From assembly GCA_017417585.1 (NCBI GenBank), contig JAFPYX010000036.1, positions 10,948 to 74,947 on the forward strand: 64,000 nucleotides of DNA, written 5' to 3'. The stretch is from Victivallales bacterium. Its GTDB lineage: Bacteria; Verrucomicrobiota; Lentisphaeria; Oligosphaerales; Oligosphaeraceae. The notes beneath the pieces were generated by a model. The model saw only the letters and a list, made by a program, of their open reading frames with translations. It was not told where the DNA came from and did not search any database. Positions 57,734-64,000 of the stretch are shown in pieces. Every line of letters starts with the position of its first letter. Position 1 is the first letter of the stretch. The translations under genes were made by a program, and so were the position numbers.

Positions 57734-59605
57734 ATGAAAAAAACGACCCCCTCACCCCTTTTCTGGCTCGCCTTGGTTCTCTGCTGTGTTTCCAGTGCGG
57801 CAGAGTCACTACTAGTCAATGGGGACTTTGAAATGGGGGACAAAGGCTGGAGCCTAAGCAAGCAAGCGGAAATCCGGTCGTTCTCAGGCTGCGACGGCAC
57901 TGCGGCGTTGTTGTTGCAGACTCACGCTTCTTCCATCCCAGAGCACACGGTCCAGCAATCCTTCCGCGGCGTTCCCGGTGACACCTATACGCTTGAACTC
58001 TGGTTGAAACTCGTGGAATTAAACCAAGGAGCCTTGCAGATCGACGTTTCGTTCTGGGACAAAAAGGATAAGCCGCTAAGCGGATATGAAAAATCATTGA
58101 CGGTGTCCTCGCCGAATCAGGTCTGGACTCCCCTAAACCTGGACTTCACCGTACCCCTTGAGGCATCCGTCTGCAGCCTTGCCATCTCTTTTACCAAAGA
58201 CGCGACTGGCACCGCGTGGATAGACAAAGTATCCATAACTCCTGCGGCACGGCCATTTTCACTGGCATTGATCCACCCCGTCCAAGGCATGCTGGACTGC
58301 AAGTACCCGCTTCTTCGCGTCGCCGTCTTCAAAGCCGGCCAGAGGAATCTCCAGGAGGCCTTGATCCAAAAAACACTCCGCTTATCCTGGAATGGACGCC
58401 AGGCTCTTCGTGCCGCCCAGCCAGTGGTGGAATTGAAACTCGAGCCGCCTCCGCCAGAAGGGCTGCTGAATCTTCGGGTCGAGTTGCTGGACAATGAAAG
58501 CCAGGCCGTCGATACCACTCTTCAGACGACTTTGCGCGTCCACTCCGGCGAAGACGACCGCGCGTGCCATATCGACTCGCGGCAGCGTGCCATTGTCGAT
58601 GGCCAGCCCTTTCTGCCGATTGGAATCGCCATTGGGAGGCCGACTCCCGATGCCATACCGCCGGCCGGCAACCTCCCTTTCAACTGTGTGCTGCTTGACG
58701 CTTCCTCGCTAGACGGCATCGCCTCTCTGGAAGAACTGTGCGCCGCACTGGATGCGTGGCGACAGCGCGGACTACGCGTGGTCTTTCCAGTGCCGGATGA
58801 TGGTGACCGCTGGTCGTGGTATACAACTCTTGGCCCCACGGAGGAAATGCGCAGGGAACGCCTTTTGCCAGAATTCGCCGGGCATCCGGCATTGCTGGCC
58901 TGGCAGCTTCATGCAACATCCCAGCCCGACGACGAAATTCACCGTCAACTCAACCGCATTGACGCAAACCATCCAGTCTGGCTGATGCTTAATGGCACCC
59001 GACTCATGCCAGAATTCCGCAGGGACGGCGATTTACTGGGAGCTGCGTTCGCGTTGCCAGCAACAACGGAGGAGGCTCCTGCCAGCCTTTCCCGGCTCTT
59101 GCGGACTTTGGAGGAGCTTGAAGAGACCAGGCTGGGCTTTTGGACATTGCTCGCTTTTCCTTCGGGCAATGGCAGTTCCTATGCCGATTCAATCCGTGCG
59201 GCCGTATTACTCATGGCAATGCGCGGAGCGAGAGGCATTTTCTTTGACCTCACCGGACACCAGCTGGACACCGCTGAATGGGGAACGATTTCAGAGGCGG
59301 CAACACTTCTACAGGACCTCTCACCCTACCTGCTTTCGAACATTCCGCCTCGTGAAATTCCGCTTCAGCAGAAGAAGGGAAGATCCACCGCCCGTGAATA
59401 TATGGACCATCACGGAAATCGGATTCTGCTACTGGCAGGCGGCTTTCAGGCCGGTAAGACCGAGGCGTTGTTCCAGTTGCCGGAAACCGCCGAACCGGTT
59501 TCACGGTTCGGCCACGTCCGAAGGGTTCGCAAAGGCACTTGGAGTTTCACCGGCAAAGGTATATGCTATGACCTGCTCCTGCTGCCCGCCGCCAAACGCC
59601 CGTAG
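57734..59605 (+). CDS. Secreted hypothetical protein with an N-terminal CBM4/9-like module (glycoside hydrolase-like, family unknown)
   Basis: ORF 57638..59605. The signal peptide begins at the ATG at 57734 (MKKTTPSPLFWLALVLCCVSSAAE), followed by the LLVNGDFEMGDKGWSL jelly-roll signature. Confidence 0.5.
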   Translation: MKKTTPSPLFWLALVLCCVSSAAESLLVNGDFEMGDKGWSLSKQAEIRSFSGCDGTAALLLQTHASSIPEHTVQQSFRGVPGDTYTLELWLKLVELNQGALQIDVSFWDKKDKPLSGYEKSLTVSSPNQVWTPLNLDFTVPLEASVCSLAISFTKDATGTAWIDKVSITPAARPFSLALIHPVQGMLDCKYPLLRVAVFKAGQRNLQEALIQKTLRLSWNGRQALRAAQPVVELKLEPPPPEGLLNLRVELLDNESQAVDTTLQTTLRVHSGEDDRACHIDSRQRAIVDGQPFLPIGIAIGRPTPDAIPPAGNLPFNCVLLDASSLDGIASLEELCAALDAWRQRGLRVVFPVPDDGDRWSWYTTLGPTEEMRRERLLPEFAGHPALLAWQLHATSQPDDEIHRQLNRIDANHPVWLMLNGTRLMPEFRRDGDLLGAAFALPATTEEAPASLSRLLRTLEELEETRLGFWTLLAFPSGNGSSYADSIRAAVLLMAMRGARGIFFDLTGHQLDTAEWGTISEAATLLQDLSPYLLSNIPPREIPLQQKKGRSTAREYMDHHGNRILLLAGGFQAGKTEALFQLPETAEPVSRFGHVRRVRKGTWSFTGKGICYDLLLLPAAKRP

Positions 59606-59611
59606 GCAATG

Positions 59612-60382
59612 TCATTCCGTTTGCGCGCCTTCGACCAGGAAGAGCGCCTGCTGTGCAGTGAGGTTGTGTTCCTCGCGATATTTCTCTACCTTGCCGTTGA
59701 CCAGCACACGCGCCTCCAGAATCCGCACCTTGTCCAGCAACGTCCAGTCCATAAAGTCATTGATGCTGCAGAGATGGATATTCGGTGTGTCGTGCCATTG
59801 GTAGGGCAGCGCCTCGGTCATCGGCATCCGTCCGCCCAGGCTGAAGGCCAGACGCACCTTCCAATGCGCGAAATTCGGGAAGGAAATGATGCTCTTGTGT
59901 CCCACACGAAGCAGCTGTCGAAGAACATTCATCGGGCGGGCGAGCGTCTGGAGGGTCTCCTCCAGGATCACATAGTCGAACGACTTGTCCGGGAAACTCC
60001 TGAGGCCGTTTTCCAAATCGCCATGGTAGGTCGGGATTCCGCGCTCGATGCAGCGCATCACCATCTCCTGATTCAATTCCAGACCCTGTACGGTCGCCTT
60101 GGTGTTCTCCGCCAGTCGCACTAGGAGATCACCTTCCCCGCAGCCGACATCCAAAATCGACGACTTCGGCACGACCAGCTCCTCGATCACACGGTCCTGC
60201 CAGCGGGGCGGCACGGGTGCGCCGAAGGCGTCGTCGCCCTGCGCCAACGCATCGTCCACAATCTTTCGCAAGCTGTCGAAATCGCTGTCGCGCGTACGTA
60301 CACCGAGTTTCTCCAGAAATGCCTCGACCTCAGGGAGACGCTCCTCGCGGTTATGGATGATGGTAGAATTCTTGATGGTCAT
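59612..60382 (-). CDS. metW: MetW-like class I SAM-dependent methyltransferase-fold protein
   Basis: ILDVGCGEGDLL, FDYVIL, SFPNFAHWKVRL, GRMPMTEALPYQWHDTPNIHLCSINDF. It is collinear with Pseudomonas-type MetW and has a roughly 60-aa N-terminal extension. Confidence 0.8.
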   Translation of the reverse strand: MTIKNSTIIHNREERLPEVEAFLEKLGVRTRDSDFDSLRKIVDDALAQGDDAFGAPVPPRWQDRVIEELVVPKSSILDVGCGEGDLLVRLAENTKATVQGLELNQEMVMRCIERGIPTYHGDLENGLRSFPDKSFDYVILEETLQTLARPMNVLRQLLRVGHKSIISFPNFAHWKVRLAFSLGGRMPMTEALPYQWHDTPNIHLCSINDFMDWTLLDKVRILEARVLVNGKVEKYREEHNLTAQQALFLVEGAQTE

Positions 60383-60436
60383 GGAATACTCCCTGTTTTT
60401 TACAAAGAATCAACTAGCCGGGCTAGAATCGCTAAC

Positions 60437-62854
60437 CTACTTCAATCTCACCAGTGTCACTCCTCCGCCACCAGTGTCACGCTGGTCGATGCCAGTTCGG
60501 AAGGAAACCACGTATGGCTGGGTACGGAGCCACTGCTGGAGTCCGTCGCGAAGGCGTCCTGACCCGAAACCGTGAACGACTCGGACCTCGTCGAGGCCGG
60601 CCATCACGCAGTCGTTGAGGTATCGCGCGAGCTGTCCGATGGCCTCGTCGACGCGCATTCCCACCAGAACAATTTCATGCGAGGTCTGTCCTTCGAAACG
60701 CGGCATGTTCACCGCGACCGTCGTGGCTTTCGGGGCTTCCTCCGGGTACTGTTCGGGAAAGACCTCGCCGGTCTTGAGGGTGAATGGCATCCCGTTAACC
60801 TCCACGACCAGCCGTTTGCCGTTTGAATCTACACTGCGGATGCGCCCGTGGGCGCCCAGGCGCTCCACCCAAATCCGTTTGCCAGGCTCCATTTTCCTGG
60901 CCTCCAATGGCCTGCCAAGTTGAGAGACGCTGGTCTGCCGAAGCCCTTGCTGAAGTTTCGTCTGCTTCTCCGCCAGCGTCGCCCGTGCCTTAACGACCGC
61001 ATCGGACACAGCATTGGCCCCACCAGAGGGATTTGCCTTGGCCTTCTCACGGATGTCCCGCACCAAGTTTTCAAGTGTGCGGCGGGTGTTGTCAACCATC
61101 GCGTCCGCGCGTTCATAGGCGTCCTTCATCAGCTCCCGGCGTTTCACGCGGAGGTCATCCAGCTGTTTCTTCAATTCATCGCGCTCTGTCTCCGCCTGTA
61201 CGCGTGCATGTTCCGCAGCGTCTGCACTGGCGGAGAGCTTCCGCTGGTCGCGGTCCATCTTCTCCAGAACCTCCTCAAGCTGCCGGTGGTCGCCGGAAAG
61301 AAACCCCTCTGCACGCTTCAGGACACCTGCGGGCAGGCCCATACGACGCGCAATCGCCAGGCCGTGGCTAGCACCGGGCCGGCCGATGTCCAGCGTGTAT
61401 TCCGGCTGGAGCGTCTCCACGTTGAAGCGCACGGCGGCATTCACCATACCGGGCGTCGCGTGGACGAAGTTCTTCACGCCTCCCAGATGTGTCGTGACGA
61501 CAGTCAAGGTCCGGCGGCTGGCAAGTTCGGCAAGGACGCCGCACGCGATGGCGCCGCCTTCGAGAGGATCCGTACCGGAGCCCAATTCGTCCAGCAGCGC
61601 CAGGGATTTCCCCTGTCGGGTCACACGGAGGATGTCGGCGATATTGGCGAGATGTCCTGAAAAGGTAGATAGGTTCTCCGCGAGTGATTGCTCATCTCCG
61701 ATGTCCGCCAAAACATTATCGTAGATTTCAAAGAGCGAGTCTGGCGCAACGGGGACTGGCAAGCCGCTCTGAGCGGCGAGCACGATTAGTCCGATGGTCT
61801 TGAGGGCGACCGTCTTTCCACCAGTATTCGACCCGGTGATGGCAAGCGTCTTGGTGCGTGGTGGCAAATCCAGACATAACGGAACCACCTTCCGTCCTGC
61901 CCCCTCATGACGAAACTGCGCCAGCAGCAGTGGATGCCGGGCACCGCTGAGTTTCAGGAAGCCGCCGAAGGATGGCAGCACGCAACCGTAGTCCGCGCCC
62001 CAACGGGCGACCGCCGCTGCAGCGTCCAGTTCGCTCAGTACCCTTTGGTTGGTTCGAAACGCCTCCAAATTGGAGCGCACGCCGTCTGAAAGCCTGGCCA
62101 AGATACGCCGGACCTCCTCGCGCTCCTCGGCCGCCAGCGTGGCAAGCGCATTGCCCAACGGAAGCGTCTGTGCCGGTTCCACGAAGAGCGTCTGCCCCGT
62201 GGATGACACATCGTGGACAAGCCCCGGCAGCGACTTCTGCGCATCGCGCTTCACCGGCACCACATAACGGCCATTGCGCTGGGTGACAAATTTCTCCTGC
62301 AAGGAGGACGCGGCATCCGTCTTCACCAGTTCCTCAAGGATGCGCTGAAGCCGACGTTCGGTCTCCGCCCGGCTGCGCCGCAATTCGCGGAGACGCTCGC
62401 TTGCAGAGTCCAGAACAGTGCCGTCAACGTCAATCGAACGCAGGAGCGCCTGACGCAGCGACTCACAGGAAGCAACTTGGCATGCCAGATTAAATAATGA
62501 CTTAAATTCTTTAATTTCAGTAAGTTGTATAAATTTATTAATCTCGCCGGCAACATTGAGCTGGGAGAGGCATTGGCGCAATTCCAAGCCGTCCAGAATC
62601 GCATCGGCGGGCTGGACACGCAGCAGCAGTTCATCCAGCTCCTCCACGCCCAGTCGCGGAAGCACCTCGGTGCGTTCCTGCAGTTTCAGCAGGTCTTCAT
62701 AAAGGCCGCGTTTCGCCTGGATTTCAGCAAGCTGGTTATGCGGGCACAGCGCCTCCACCCGCCGCCGTCCGGCTGTGCTCTGAGCATAGCCACCAATCAG
62801 CGTCAGTAATTGGGGATATCCAAGAATTTGCCTGGAATGGAGTGCACTGTTCAT
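60437..62854 (-). CDS. mutS2: Endonuclease MutS2 (MutS domain V ATPase + C-terminal Smr domain)
   Basis: Walker A ITGSNTGGKTV, DELGSGTDPLEG, a long coiled coil, and a C-terminal Smr domain (VLVGMRVDEA...VRVVHGFGSGRLR). Confidence 0.93.
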   Translation of the reverse strand: MNSALHSRQILGYPQLLTLIGGYAQSTAGRRRVEALCPHNQLAEIQAKRGLYEDLLKLQERTEVLPRLGVEELDELLLRVQPADAILDGLELRQCLSQLNVAGEINKFIQLTEIKEFKSLFNLACQVASCESLRQALLRSIDVDGTVLDSASERLRELRRSRAETERRLQRILEELVKTDAASSLQEKFVTQRNGRYVVPVKRDAQKSLPGLVHDVSSTGQTLFVEPAQTLPLGNALATLAAEEREEVRRILARLSDGVRSNLEAFRTNQRVLSELDAAAAVARWGADYGCVLPSFGGFLKLSGARHPLLLAQFRHEGAGRKVVPLCLDLPPRTKTLAITGSNTGGKTVALKTIGLIVLAAQSGLPVPVAPDSLFEIYDNVLADIGDEQSLAENLSTFSGHLANIADILRVTRQGKSLALLDELGSGTDPLEGGAIACGVLAELASRRTLTVVTTHLGGVKNFVHATPGMVNAAVRFNVETLQPEYTLDIGRPGASHGLAIARRMGLPAGVLKRAEGFLSGDHRQLEEVLEKMDRDQRKLSASADAAEHARVQAETERDELKKQLDDLRVKRRELMKDAYERADAMVDNTRRTLENLVRDIREKAKANPSGGANAVSDAVVKARATLAEKQTKLQQGLRQTSVSQLGRPLEARKMEPGKRIWVERLGAHGRIRSVDSNGKRLVVEVNGMPFTLKTGEVFPEQYPEEAPKATTVAVNMPRFEGQTSHEIVLVGMRVDEAIGQLARYLNDCVMAGLDEVRVVHGFGSGRLRDGLQQWLRTQPYVVSFRTGIDQRDTGGGGVTLVRLK

Positions 62855-62904
62855 TTATTCAGCACCGCATGTCGTGCGGTTGCACCATTCTATGAGACGA
62901 GGCT

Positions 62905-64000
62905 TTATCGCCAGGAACGCGGGGGCTTGTTGCGGCGGAATCCATCTTCACGGGAACCCCGTGTCCCCGGAGCCTGTTTTCTTCCGCCAGCACGCGCCGT
63001 GGTGCCCCGATTGGTTCCACGCGACACTCCTTCACGGTCACTATTTCGCGGGGAATGGAAATTATTGCGGCGGTCGGTGCGGGCGTAGCCGCCACGGCGG
63101 GGGACTTCATCGTAGCCATCTCGCGGAAAATCATCGCGGTAGCCGCCACGGCGGGGGACTTCATCGTAGCCATCTCGTGGAAAATCATCGCGGTAGCCGC
63201 CACGGCGGGGGATTTCATCGTAGCCATCTCGCGGAAAATCATCGCGGTAGCCGCCACGCGAGATGTTATCGCCGCGATAACGTCCGCGCGGTGAACGGGG
63301 TTCTTCATGTGCAGGTGCTGGAACATCGTCCTCCTCGTACCAAGGGTGCTGAGGACGTGCTGGGACCGGCGAGGCAGAGCGCCGGGAGCGGCGGGAGTCC
63401 TCCCGTTTCCCACGGCCTTCCGGTCCACGCAGCCCATCATCATCACGGTTCCCGCCCCGTGGAGACCTTGAAAGTTTGCGTTCCAGCTTTTCCTTGACCC
63501 AATAGGGCTTAGGCGGTTCGGCCGGGCGAGGACGTTCGACAATCTTGATGGGCTTCAGCGCCAGTTCGCAGTCGTGGGGAGACATGATCCGCCAGCTGCC
63601 AACCGTAAGTTTTTCGTCGAGTTCCAACTGGCCAATGGAAACGCGCCGCAAAAGTTTCACGCGAAGTCCCACATCCTTGCAAAGGCGACGGACTTCGCGT
63701 TTGCGACCTTCGCCCAAGGTGAAAATCAACGAACATGCCCCATATCTCACACTGATCTGTTCGACGTTGAGCGCATGAAGGAATTCTCCGTTGTCGTACA
63801 TTCCGTCCAACAGCTGTCGACGTATGGCGGTGGTGAAACGACCTTCGCATTCGACAAAGTATCTTTTGTAGATTTCGTGGGATGGATGGGTAAGTCGTTG
63901 TGCGAAATCGCCGTCGTTGGTCAAAATCAGCAACCCCTCGGAATCGCGGTCGAGTCGTCCCACCGTGAACACGCGTCCGAAGCGTTCCGGAATCAGCTGG
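62905..64000 (-). CDS. rluB: RluB/RsuA-family pseudouridine synthase with an Arg/Asp-rich repetitive C-terminal tail. The N-terminus lies beyond the right edge.
   Basis: The catalytic motif VGRLDRDSEGLLILTNDG lies at the window edge, and the frame stays open to position 64000. The tail contains 3 x RRGGYRDDFPRDGYDE[IV]P. Confidence 0.85.
   Translation of the reverse strand, partial: QLIPERFGRVFTVGRLDRDSEGLLILTNDGDFAQRLTHPSHEIYKRYFVECEGRFTTAIRRQLLDGMYDNGEFLHALNVEQISVRYGACSLIFTLGEGRKREVRRLCKDVGLRVKLLRRVSIGQLELDEKLTVGSWRIMSPHDCELALKPIKIVERPRPAEPPKPYWVKEKLERKLSRSPRGGNRDDDGLRGPEGRGKREDSRRSRRSASPVPARPQHPWYEEDDVPAPAHEEPRSPRGRYRGDNISRGGYRDDFPRDGYDEIPRRGGYRDDFPRDGYDEVPRRGGYRDDFPRDGYDEVPRRGGYARTDRRNNFHSPRNSDREGVSRGTNRGTTARAGGRKQAPGTRGSREDGFRRNKPPRSWR
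63085..63258 (-). repeat. 54-nt tandem repeat (3 copies plus a partial copy) inside the rluB-like tail
   Basis: gtagccgccacggcgggggacttcatcgtagccatctcgcggaaaatcatcgcg is repeated at 63085, 63139 and 63193 with 1-3 mismatches. Confidence 0.9.

Noticed and set aside
62859-63542. ORFs 62859..63542(-), 62874..63497(+) and 63055..63294(+), which overlap the rluB-like tail
   Set aside because: These alternative frames stay open only because of the 54-nt tandem repeats and GC richness. The rluB frame is continuous with the conserved catalytic domain.

Overview
This is a GC-rich (by eye about 60% or more), gene-dense bacterial chromosomal window with about 47 protein-coding genes. I saw no rRNA, tRNA, CRISPR array, transposase or integrase.

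Housekeeping genes are NfnA/NfnB-like oxidoreductase genes, proC, gpmI, rpsU (missed by the ORF track because it is under 60 aa), dnaB, a gpsA-like gene, rpsB-tsf, purD, nnr, aspartate kinase, mutS2 and an rluB-like gene.

These are interleaved with a large glycan-degradation complement:
- GH2 LacZ-like, GH20 hexosaminidase, GH35 beta-galactosidase and a GH36-like alpha-galactosidase
- a heparinase II/III-like protein and an SGNH esterase
- nagA-like and nagB genes
- three large secreted proteins with carbohydrate-binding-module-like N-termini

The gene content suggests a glycan-foraging bacterium, possibly of the PVC superphylum. That is inference only.

Most unusual observations:
1. A TRAP transporter gene (54952-57549, minus strand) encodes, in one uninterrupted frame, a signal peptide, two tandem diverged DctP-type solute-binding domains (963-nt tandem duplication), an extra transmembrane linker and a DctQ small permease. 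dctM and a uspA-like gene follow.
2. An AT-rich, almost ORF-free 1.56-kb island (12758-14320) holds a 20-codon hydrophobic mini-ORF with a strong Shine-Dalgarno (SD) sequence, a sigma70-like promoter, a long-range 5'/3' inverted repeat and a convergent intrinsic terminator. This layout resembles a type I toxin-antitoxin locus. The island also holds an orphan 67-aa four-cysteine protein gene.
3. A lower-GC AAA+ ATPase gene is wedged between the GH20 and GH35 genes.
4. floA is translationally coupled to a disordered membrane protein rather than to NfeD.
5. There are several tandem repeats, both intergenic and coding.

All functional calls come from motif and family recognition by eye. No database search was run.
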